This document shows, piece after piece, positions 1-12,200 of a stretch of 64,000 bases of DNA. The stretch is from Auanema rhodensis (taxonomy: Eukaryota; Animalia; Nematoda), in the NCBI GenBank assembly GCA_964057225.1, contig OZ059898.1, positions 16,926,001 to 16,990,000 of the forward strand. Reading direction: 5' to 3'. The notes under the pieces are model-generated. The model did no database searches, was not told where the DNA came from, and was given only the letters and a program-made list of their open reading frames with translations. Numbering within the stretch: position 1 is the first letter of the stretch; each line of letters starts with the position of its first letter. The position numbers were made by a program, and so were the translations under genes.

Positions 1-55
1 CTAAATTATTCTGAAATTTTTCGAAAAAATTTTTGTCAAAATGTTTTTGGAAGCA

Positions 56-83
56 ATGTTGAGTGTACATGGAAACTCAACAT
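56..83. other. 28-bp dyad symmetry in the monomer (representative copy)
   Basis: ATGTTGAGT-gtacatggaa-ACTCAACAT, 9-bp perfect arms. Confidence 0.9.
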
Positions 84-234
84 ACACTAATGCATCATTT
101 TTCAAACGATCATAACTAATTTTTGTATTAAGCGTTTCTCAATGTAGTATAGTGCATTCGATGCGGATTTTTAAACTGCGTCGATCTGTGTTATCAGATT
201 TGCGCTAGCTTAAAAATGCACCGAGATATCAACT

Positions 235-256
235 GATATAAGTTCACACTTATATC
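235..256. other. 22-bp dyad symmetry in the monomer (representative copy)
   Basis: GATATAAGT-tcac-ACTTATATC, 9-bp perfect arms with a 4-nt loop. Confidence 0.9.
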
Positions 257-1210
257 CTCGATTTTCACCCTGAAAAAATAATTTTTTCGTTGAATAACAT
301 TGTCCATCGTCTTTGCCTTGAAAAAAGGAATCCAAAAACATCTACTTTTTGCTAAATTATTTTGAAATTTTTCGAAAAAATTTTTGTCAAAATGTTTTTG
401 GAAGCAATGTTGAGTGTACATGGAAACTCAACATACACTAATGCATCATTTTTCAAACGATCATAACTAATTTTTGTATTAAGCGTTTTTCAATGTAGTA
501 TAGTGCATTTGATGCGGATTTTTAAGCTGCGTCGATCTGTGTTATCAAATTTGCGCTAGCTTAAAAATGCACCGAGATATCAACTGATATAAGTTCACAC
601 TTATATCCTCGATTTTCACCCTGAAGAAATAATTTTTTCGTTGAATAACATTGTCCATCGTCTTTGCCTTGAAAAAAGGAATCTAAAAACATCTACTTTT
701 TGCTAAATTATTCTGAAATTTTTCGAAAAAATTTTTGTCAAAATGTTTTTGGAAGCAATGTTGAGTGTACATGGAAACTCAACATACACTAATGCATCAT
801 TTTTCAAACGATCATAACTAATTTTTGTATTAAGCGTTTTTCAATGTAGTATAGTGCATTCGATGCGGATTTTTAAACTGCGTCGATCTGTGTTATCAGA
901 TTTGCGCTAGCTTAAAAATGCACCGAGATATCAACTGATATAAGTTCACACTTATATCTTCGATTTTCACCCTGAAGAATTAATTTTTTCGGTGAATAAC
1001 ATTGTCCATCGTCTTTGCCTTGAAAAAAGGAATTTCAAAACATCTACTTTTTGCTAAATTATTCTGAAATTTTTCGAAAAAATTTTTGTCAAAATGTTTT
1101 TGGAAGCAATGTTGAGTGTACATGGAAACTCAACATACACTAATGCATCATTTTTCAAACGATCATAACTATTTTTTGTATTAAGCGTTTCTCAATGTAG
1201 TATAGTGCAT

Positions 1211-1277
1211 TCGATGCGGATTTTTAAGCTGCGTCGATCTGTGTTATCAGATTTGCGCTAGCTTAAAAATGCACCGA
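1211..1277. other. 67-bp imperfect hairpin present in each monomer (representative copy)
   Basis: TCGATGC-gg-ATTTTTAAGCT-GCG-tc-GATCTG-tgttat-CAGATT-tg-CGC-t-AGCTTAAAAAT-GCACCGA, with an 11-bp perfect core ATTTTTAAGCT/AGCTTAAAAAT. Confidence 0.85.
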
Positions 1278-4200
1278 GATATCAACTGATATAAGTTCAC
1301 ACTTATATCCTCGATTTTCACCCTGAAGAATTAATTTTTTCGTTGAATAACATTGTCCATCGTCTTTGCCTTGAAAAAAGGAATCTAAAAACATCTACTT
1401 TTTGCTAAATTATTTTGAAGTTTTTCGAAAAATTTTTGTCAAAATGTTTTTGGAAGCAATGTTGAGTGTACATGTAAACTCAACATACACTAATGCACCA
1501 TTTTTCAAACAATCATAACTAATTTTTGTATTAAGCGTTTTTCAATGTAGTATAGTGCATTTGATGCGGATTTTTAAGCTGCGTCGATCTGTGTTATCAA
1601 ATTTGCGCTAGCTTAAAAATGCACCGAGATATCAACTGATATAAGTTCACACTTATATCCTCGATTTTCACCCTGAAGAAATAATTTTTTCGTTGAATAA
1701 CATTGTCCATCGTCTTTGCCTTGAAAAAAGGAATCTAAAAACATCTACTTTTTGCTAAATTATTCTGAAATTTTTCGAAAAAATTTTTGTCAAAATGTTT
1801 TTGGAAGCAATGTTGAGTGTACATGGAAACTCAACATACACTAATGCATCATTTTTCAAACGATCATAACTAATTTTTGTATTAAGCGTTTCTCAATGTA
1901 GTATAGTGCATTCGATGCGGATTTTTAAACTGCGTCGATCTGTGTTATCAGATTTGCGCTAGCTTAAAAATGCACCGAGATATCAACTGATATAAGTTCA
2001 CACTTATATCCTCGATTTTCACCCTGAAAAAATAATTTTTTCGTTGAATAACATTGTCCATCGTCTTTGCCTTGAAAAAAGGAATCCAAAAACATCTACT
2101 TTTTGCTAAATTATTTTGAAATTTTTCGAAAAAATTTTTGTCAAAATGTTTTTGGAAGCAATGTTGAGTGTACATGGAAACTCAACATACACTAATGCAT
2201 CATTTTTCAAACGATCATAACTAATTTTTGTATTAAGCGTTTCTCAATGTAGTATAGTGCATTCGATGCGGATTTTTAAACTGCGTCGATCTGTGTTATC
2301 AGATTTGCGCTAGCTTAAAAATGCACCGAGATATCAACTGATATAAGTTCACACTTATATCTTCGATTTTCACCCTGAAGAATTAATTTTTTCGGTGAAT
2401 AACATTGTCCATCGTCTTTGCCTTGAAAAAAGGAATTTCAAAACATCTACTTTTTGCTAAATTATTCTGAAATTTTTCGAAAAAATTTTTGTCAAAATGT
2501 TTTTGGAAGCAATGTTGAGTGTACATGGAAACTCAACATACACTAATGCATCATTTTTCAAACGATCATAACTATTTTTTGTATTAAGCGTTTCTCAATG
2601 TAGTATAGTGCATTCGATGCGGATTTTTAAGCTGCGTCGATCTGTGTTATCAGATTTGCGCTAGCTTAAAAATGCACCGAGATATCAACTGATATAAGTT
2701 CACACTTATATCCTCGATTTTCACCCTGAAGAATTAATTTTTTCGTTGAATAACATTGTCCATCGTCTTTGCTTTGAAAAAAGGAATCTAAAAACATCTA
2801 CTTTTTGCTAAATTATTTTGAAATTTTTCGAAAAAATTTTTGTCAAAATGTTTTTGGAAGCAATGTTGAGTGTACATGGAAACTCAACATACACTAATGC
2901 ATCATTTTTCAAACGATCATAACTAATTTTTGTATTAAGCGTTTCTCAATGTAGTATAGTGCTTTTGATGCGGATTTTTAAGCTGCGTCGATCTGTGTTA
3001 TCAGATTTGCGCTAGCTTAAAAATGCACCGAGATATGAACTGATATAAGTTCACACTTATATCCTCGATTTTCACCCTGAAGAATTATTTTTTTCGTTGA
3101 ATAACATTGTCCATCGTCTTTGCCTTAAAAAAGGAATCTAAAAACATCTACTTTTTGCTAAATTATTCTGAAATTTTTCGAAAAAATTTTTGTCAAAATG
3201 TTTTTGGAAGCAATGTTGAGTGTACATGGAAACTCAACATACACTAATGCATCATTTTTCAAACGATCATAACTAATTTTTGTATTAAGCGTTTCTCAAT
3301 GTAGTATAGTGCATTCGATGCGGATTTTTAAACTGCGTCGATCTGTGTTATCAGATTTGCGCTAGCTTAAAAATGCACCGAGATATGAACTGATATAAGT
3401 TCACACTTATATCCTCGATTTTCACCCTGAAGAATTATTTTTTTCGTTGAATAACATTGTCCATCGTCTTTGCCTTGAAAAAAGGAATCTAAAGACATCT
3501 ACTTTTTGCTAAATTATTCTGAAATTTTTCGAAAAAATTTTTGTCAAAATGTTTTTGGAAGCAATGTTGAGTGTACATGGAAACTCAACATACACTAATG
3601 CATCATTTTTCAAACGATCATAACTAATTTTTGTATTAAGCGTTTCTCAATGTAGTATAGTGCATTCGATGCGGATTTTCAAACTGCGTCGATCTGTGTT
3701 ATCAGATTTGCGCTAGCTTAAAAATGCACCGAGATATCAACTGATATAAGTTCACACTTATATCCTCGATTTTCACCCTGAAGAATTATTTTTTTCGTTG
3801 AATAACAATGTCCATCGTCTTTGCCTTGAAAAAAGGAATCTAAAAACATCTACTTTTTGCTAAATTATTTTGAAATTTTTCGAAAAAATTTTTGTCAAAA
3901 TGTTTTTGGAAGCAATGTTGAGTGTACATGTAAACTCAACATACACTAATGCACCATTTTTCAAACAATCATAACTAATTTTTGTATTAAGCGTTTCTCA
4001 ATGTAGTATAGTGCATTCGATGCGGATTTTTAAGCTGCGTCGATCTGTGTTATCAAATTTGCGCTAGCTTAAAAATGCACCGAGATATCAACTGATATAA
4101 GTTCACACTTATATCCTCGATTTTCACCCTGAAGAAATAATTTTTTCGTTGAATAACATTGTCCATCGTCTTTGCCTTGAAAAAAGGAATCTAAAAACAT

Positions 4201-7200
4201 CTACTTTTTGCTAAATTATTCTGAAATTTTTCGAAAAAATTTTTGTCAAAATGTTTTTGGAAGCAATGTTGAGTGTACATGGAAACTCAACATACACTAA
4301 TGCATCATTTTTCAAACGATCATAACTAATTTTTGTATTAAGCGTTTCTCAATGTAGTATAGTGCATTCGATGCGGATTTTTAAGCTGCGTCGATCTGTG
4401 TTATCAGATTTGCGCTAGCTTGAAAATGCACCGAGATATCAACTGATATAAGTTCACACTTATATCCTCAATTTTCACCCTGAAGAAATAATTTTTTCGT
4501 TGAATAACATTGTCCATCGTCTTTGCCTTGAAAAAAGGAATCTAAAAACATCTACTTTTTGCTAAATTATTTTGAAATTTTTCGAAAAAATTTTTGTCAA
4601 AATGTTTTTGGAAGCAATGTTGAGTGTACATGTAAACTCAACATACACTAATGCACCATTTTTCAAACGATCATAACTAATTTTTGTATTAAGCGTTTCT
4701 CAATGTAGTATAGTGCATTCGATGCGGATTTTTAAACTGCGTCGATCTGTGTTATCAAATTTGCGCTAGCTTAAAAATGCACCGAGATATCAACTGATAT
4801 AAGTTCACACTTATATCCTCGATTTTCACCCTGAAGAATTATTTTTTTCGTTGAATAACATTGTCCATCGTCTTTGCCTTGAAAAAAGGAATCTAAAAAC
4901 ATCTACTTTTTGCTAAATTATTCTGAAATTTTTTGAAAAAATTTTTGTGAAAATGTTTTTGGAAGCAATTTTGAGTGTACATGGAAACTCAACATACACT
5001 AATGCATCATTTTTCAAACGATCATAACTAATTTTTGTATTAAGCGTTTCTCAATGTAGTATAGTGCATTCGATGCGGATTTTTAAACTGCGTCGATCTG
5101 TGTTATCAGATTTGCGCTAGCTTAAAAATGCACCGAGATATCAACTGATATAAGTTCACACTTATATCTTCGATTTTCACCCTGAAGAATAAATTTTTTC
5201 GGTGAATAACATTGTCCATCGTCTTTGCCTTGAAAAAAGGAATTTCAAAACATCTACTTTTTGCTAAATTATTCTGAAATTTTTCGAAAAAATTTTTGTC
5301 AAAATGTTTTTGGAAGCAATGTTGAGTGTACATGGAAACTCAACATACACTAATGCATCATTTTTCAAACGATCATAACTAATTTTTGTATTAAGCGTTT
5401 CTCAATGTAGTATAGTGCATTCGATGCGGATTTTTAAGCTGCGTCGATCTGTGTTATCAGATTTGCGCTAGCTTAAAAATGCACCGAGATATCAACTGAT
5501 ATAAGTTCACACTTATATCCTCGATTTTCACCCTGAAGAATTAATTTTTTCGTTGAATAACATTGTCCATCGTCTTTGCTTTGAAAAAAGGAATCTAAAA
5601 ACATCTACTTTTTGCTAAATTATTTTGAAATTTTTCGAAAAAATTTTTGTCAAAATGTTTTTGGAAGCAATGTTGAGTGTACATGTAAACTCAACATACA
5701 CTAATGCACCATTTTTCAAACAATCATAACTAATTTTTGTATTAAGCGTTTTTCAATGTAGTATAGTGCATTTGATGCGGATTTTTAAGCTGCGTCGATC
5801 TGTGTTATCAAATTTGCGCTAGCTTAAAAATGCACCGAGATATCAACTGATATAAGTTCACACTTATATCCTCGATTTTCACCCTGAAGAAATAATTTTT
5901 TCGTTGAATAACATTGTCCATCGTCTTTGCCTTGAAAAAAGGAATCTAAAAACATCTACTTTTTGCTAAATTATTCTGAAATTTTTCGAAAAAATTTTTG
6001 TCAAAATGTTTTTGGAAGCAATGTTGAGTGTACATGGAAACTCAACATACACTAATGCATCATTTTTCAAACGATCATAACTAATTTTTGTATTAAGCGT
6101 TTCTCAATGTAGTATAGTGCATTCGATGCGGATTTTTAAGCTGCGTCGATCTGTGTTATCAGATTTGCGCTAGCTTAAAAATGCACCGAGATATCAACTG
6201 ATATTTCGATTTTCACCCTGAAGAATTATTTTTTTCGTTGAATAACATTGTCCATCGTCTTTGCCTTGAAAAAAGGAATCTAAAAACATCTACTTTTTGC
6301 TAAATTATTCTGAAATTTTTTGAAAAAATTTTTGTGAAAATGTTTTTGGAAGCAATTTTGAGTGTACATGGAAACTCAACATACACTAATGCATCATTTT
6401 TCAAACGATCATAACTAATTTTTGTATTAAGCGTTTCTCAATGTAGTATAGTGCATTTGATGCGGATTTTTAAGCTGCGTCGATCTGTGTTATCAAATTT
6501 GCGCTAGCTTAAAAATGCACCGAGATATCAACTGATATAAGTTCACACTTATATCCTCGATTTTCACCCTGAAGAATTAATTTTTTCGTTGAATAACATT
6601 GTCCATCGTCTTTGCCTTGAAAAAAGGAATCTAAAAACATCTACTTTTTGCTAAATTATTTTGAAGTTTTTCGAAAAAATTTTTGTCAAAATGTTTTTGG
6701 AAGCAATGTTGAGTGTACATGGAAACTCAACATACACTAATGCATCATTTTTCAAACGATCATAACTAATTTTTGTATTAAGCGTTTCTCAATGTAGTAT
6801 AGTGCATTCGATGCGGATTTTTAAGCTGCGTCGATCTGTGTTATCAGATTTGCGCTAGCTTAAAAATGCACCGAGATATCAACTGATATAAGTTCACACT
6901 TATATCCTCGATTTTCACCCTGAAGAATTATTTTTTTCGTTGAATAACATTGTCCATCGTCTTTGCCTTGAAAAAAGGAATCTAAAAACATCTACTTTTT
7001 GCTAAATTATTCTGAAATTTTTTGAAAAAATTTTTGTGAAAATGTTTTTGGAAGCAATTTTGAGTGTACATGGAAACTCAACATACACTAATGCATCATT
7101 TTTCAAACGATCATAACTAATTTTTGTATTAAGCGTTTCTCAATGTAGTATAGTGCATTTGATGCGGATTTTTAAGCTGCGTCGATCTGTGTTATCAAAT

Positions 7201-8759
7201 TTGCGCTAGCTTAAAAATGCACCGAGATATCAACTGATATAAGTTCACACTTATATCCTCGATTTTCACCCTGAAGAATTAATTTTTTCGTTGAATAACA
7301 TTGTCCATCGTCTTTGCTTTGAAAAAAGGAATCTAAAAACTTCTATTTTTTGCTAAATTATTCTGAAATTTTTCGAAAAAATTTTTGTCAAAATGTTTTT
7401 GGAAGCAATGTTGAGTGTACATGGAAACTCAACATACACTAATGCATCATTTTTCAAACGATCATAACTAATTTTTGTATTAAGCGTTCCTCAATGTAGT
7501 ATAGTGCATTCGATGCGGATTTTTAAGCTGCGTCGATCTGTGTTATCAGATTTGCGCTAGCTTAAAAATGCACCGAGATATCAACTGATATAAGTTCACA
7601 CTTATATCCTCAATTTTCACCCTGAAGAAATAATTTTTTCGTTGAATAACATTGTCCATCGTCTTTGCCTTGAAAAAAGGAATCTAAAAACATCTACTTT
7701 TTGCTAAATTATTTTGAAGTTTTTCGAAAAAATTTTTGTCAAAATGTTTTTGGAAGCAATGTTGAGTGTACATGGAAACTCAACATACACTAATGCATCA
7801 TTTTTCAAACGATCATAACTAATTTTTGTATTAAGCGTTTCTCAATGTAGTATAGTGCATTCGATGCGGATTTTTAAGCTGCGTCGATCTGTGTTATCAG
7901 ATTTGCGCTAGCTTAAAAATGCACCGAGATATCAACTGATATAAGTTCACACTTATATCCTCGATTTTCACCCTGAAGAATTATTTTTTTCGTTGAATAA
8001 CATTGTCCATCGTCTTTGCCTTGAAAAAAGGAATCTAAAAACATCTACTTTTTGCTAAATTATTCTGAAATTTTTTGAAAAAATTTTTGTGAAAATGTTT
8101 TTGGAAGCAATTTTGAGTGTACATGGAAACTCAACATACACTAATGCATCATTTTTCAAACGATCATAACTAATTTTTGTATTAAGCGTTTCTCAATGTA
8201 GTATAGTGCATTTGATGCGGATTTTTAAGCTGCGTCGATCTGTGTTATCAAATTTGCGCTAGCTTAAAAATGCACCGAGATATCAACTGATATAAGTTCA
8301 CACTTATATCCTCGATTTTCACCCTGAAGAAATAATTTTTTCGTTGAATAACATTGTCCATCGTCTTTGCCTTGAAAAAAGGAATCTAAAAACATCTACT
8401 TTTTGCTAAATTATTCCGAAATTTTTCGAAAAAATTTTTGTCAAAATGTTTTTGGAAGCAATGTTGAGTGTACATGGAAACTCAACATACACTAATGCAT
8501 CATTTTTCAAACGATCATAACTAATTTTTGTATTAAGCGTTTCTCAATGTAGTATAGTGCATTCGATGCGGATTTTTAAGCTGCGTCGATCTGTGTTATC
8601 AGATTTGCGCTAGCTTAAAAATGCACCGAGACATCAACTGATATAAGTTCACACTTATATCCTCGATTTTCACCCTGAAGAAATAATTTTTTCGTTGAAT
8701 AACATTGTCCATCGTCTTTGCCTTGAAAAAAGAAATCTAAAAACATCTACTTTTTGCTA

Positions 8760-11700
8760 AATTATTTTGAAATTTTTCGAAAAAATTTTTGTCAAAATGT
8801 TTTTGGAAGCAATGTTGAGTGTACATGGAAACTCAACATACACTAATGCATCATTAGTCAAACGATCATAACTAATTTTTGTATTAAGCGTTTCTCAATG
8901 TAGTATAGTGCATTCGATGCAGATTTTTAAGCTGCGTCGATCTGTGTTATCAGATTTGCGCTAGCTTAAAAATGCACCGAGATATCAACTGATATAAGTT
9001 CACACTTATATCCTCGATTTTCACCCTGAAAAAATAATTTTTTCGTTGAATAACATTGTCCATCGTCTTTGCCTTGAAAAAAGGAATCCAAAAACATCTA
9101 CTTTTTGCTAAATTATTTTGAAATTTTTCGAAAAAATTTTTGTCAAAATGTTTTTGGAAGCAATGTTGAGTGTACATGGAAACTCAACATACACTAATGC
9201 ATCATTTTTCAAACGATCATAACTAATTTTTGTATTAAGCGTTTCTCAATGTAGTATAGTGCATTCGATGCGGATTTTTAAACTGCGTCGATCTGTGTTA
9301 TCAGATTTGCGCTAGCTTAAAAATGCACCGAGATATCAACTGATATAAGTTCACACTTATATCCTCGATTTTCACCCTGAAGAATTAATTTTTTCGTTGA
9401 ATAACATTGTCCATCGTCTTTGCTTTGAAAAAAGGAATCTAAAAACATCTACTTTTTGCTAAATTATTTTGAAATTTTTCGAAAAAATTTTTGTCAAAAT
9501 GTTTTTGGAAGCAATGTTGAGTGTACATGTAAACTCAACATACACTAATGCACCATTTTTCAAACAATCATAACTAATTTTTGTATTAAGCGTTTTTCAA
9601 TGTAGTATAGTGCATTTGATGCGAATTTTTAAGCTGCGTCGATCTGTGTTATCAAATTTGCGCTAGCTTAAAAATGCACCGAGATATCAACTGATATAAG
9701 TTCACACTTATACCCTCGATTTTCACCCTGAAGAAATAATTTTTTCGTTGAATAACATTGTCCATCGTCTTTGCCTTGAAAAAAGGAATCTAAAAACATC
9801 TACTTTTTGCTAAATTATTCTGAAATTTTTCGAAAAAATTTTTGTCAAAATGTTTTTGGAAGCAATGTTGAGTGTACATGGAAACTCAACATACACTAAT
9901 GCATCATTTTTCAAACGATCATAACTAATTTTTGTATTAAGCGTTTCTCAATGTAGTATAGTGCATTTGATGCGGATTTTTAAGCTGCGTCGATCTGTGT
10001 TATCAGATTTGCGCTAGCTTAAAAATGCACCGAGATATCAACTGATATAAGTTCACACTTATATCCTCAATTTTCACCCTGAAGAAATAATTTTTTCGTT
10101 GAATAACATTGTCCATCGTCTTTGCCTTGAAAAAAGGAATCTAAAAACATCTACTTTTTGCTAAATTATTCTGAAATTTTTCGAAAAAATTTTTGTCAAA
10201 ATGTTTTTGGAAGCAATGTTGAGTGTACATGGAAACTCAACATACACTAATGCATCATTTTTCAAACGATCATAACTAATTTTTGTATTAAGCGTTTCTC
10301 AATGTAGTATAGTGCATTTGATGCGGATTTTTAAGCTGCGTCGATCTGTGTTATCAGATTTGCGCTAGCTTAAAAATGCACCGAGATATCAACTGATATA
10401 AGTTCACACTTATATCCTCAATTTTCACCCTGAAGAAATAATTTTTTCGTTGAATAACATTGTCCATCGTCTTTGCCTTGAAAAAAGGAATCTAAAAACA
10501 TCTACTTTTTGCTAAATTATTTTGAAATTTTTCGAAAAAATTTTTGTCAAAATGTTTTTGGAAGCAATGTTGAGTGTACATGGAAACTCAACATACACTA
10601 ATGCATCATTAGTCAAACGATCATAACTAATTTTTGTATTAAGCGTTTCTCAATGTAGTATAGTGCATTCGATGCAGATTTTTAAGCTGCGTCGATCTGT
10701 GTTATCAGATTTGCGCTAGCTTAAAAATGCACCGAGATATCAACTGATATAAGTTCACACTTATATCCTCGATTTTCACCCTGAAAAAATAATTTTTTCG
10801 TTGAATAACATTGTCCATCGTCTTTGCCTTGAAAAAAGGAATCCAAAAACATCTACTTTTTGCTAAATTATTTTGAAATTTTTCGAAAAAATTTTTGTCA
10901 AAATGTTTTTGGAAGCAATGTTGAGTGTACATGGAAACTCAACATACACTAATGCATCATTTTTCAAACGATCATAACTAATTTTTGTATTAAGCGTTTC
11001 TCAATGTAGTATAGTGCATTCGATGCGGATTTTTAAACTGCGTCGATCTGTGTTATCAGATTTGCGCTAGCTTAAAAATGCACCGAGATATCAACTGATA
11101 TAAGTTCACACTTATATCCTCGATTTTCACCCTGAAGAATTAATTTTTTCGTTGAATAACATTGTCCATCGTCTTTGCTTTGAAAAAAGGAATCTAAAAA
11201 CATCTACTTTTTGCTAAATTATTTTGAAATTTTTCGAAAAAATTTTTGTCAAAATGTTTTTGGAAGCAATGTTGAGTGTACATGTAAACTCAACATACAC
11301 TAATGCACCATTTTTCAAACAATCATAACTAATTTTTGTATTAAGCGTTTTTCAATGTAGTATAGTGCATTTGATGCGAATTTTTAAGCTGCGTCGATCT
11401 GTGTTATCAAATTTGCGCTAGCTTAAAAATGCACCGAGATATCAACTGATATAAGTTCACACTTATACCCTCGATTTTCACCCTGAAGAAATAATTTTTT
11501 CGTTGAATAACATTGTCCATCGTCTTTGCCTTGAAAAAAGGAATCTAAAAACATCTACTTTTTGCTAAATTATTCTGAAATTTTTCGAAAAAATTTTTGT
11601 CAAAATGTTTTTGGAAGCAATGTTGAGTGTACATGGAAACTCAACATACACTAATGCATCATTTTTCAAACGATCATAACTAATTTTTGTATTAAGCGTT

Positions 11701-12200
11701 TCTCAATGTAGTATAGTGCATTTGATACGGATTTTTAAGCTGCGTCGATCTGTGTTATCAGATTTGCGCTAGCTTAAAAATGCACCGGGATATCAACTGA
11801 TATAAGTTCACACTTATATCCTCAATTTTCACCCTGAAGAAATAATTTTTTCGTTGAATAACATTGTCCATCGTCTTTGCCTTGAAAAAAGGAATCTAAA
11901 AACATCTACTTTTTGCTAAATTATTCTGAAATTTTTCGAAAAAATTTTTGTCAAAATGTTTTTGGAAGCAATGTTGAGTGTACATGGAAACTCAACATAC
12001 ACTAATGCATCATTTTTCAAACGATCATAACTAATTTTTGTATTAAGCGTTTCTCAATGTAGTATAGTGCATTTGATGCGGATTTTTAAGCTGCGTCGAT
12101 CTGTGTTATCAGATTTGCGCTAGCTTAAAAATGCACCGAGATATCAACTGATATAAGTTCACACTTATATCCTCAAGTTTCACCCTGAAGAAATAATTTT
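8760..12200. repeat. 5-monomer (1755-bp) higher-order duplication, approximate limits
   Basis: Private variants CATTAGTCAA (8856/10611) and TATACCCTC (9713/11468), and ORF copies 8950/10705, are all 1755 bp apart. Confidence 0.85.

Noticed and set aside
1-351. Tandem RNA gene cluster (5S, tRNA, snRNA, SL RNA) or coding repeat (351 = 117 codons)
   Set aside because: I recognise no RNA gene motif in the monomer, and the frames I read contain several stops.
1-351. Monomer as a dimer of ~175-bp subunits
   Set aside because: The two halves do not align by eye; only short A/T-rich resemblances are visible.
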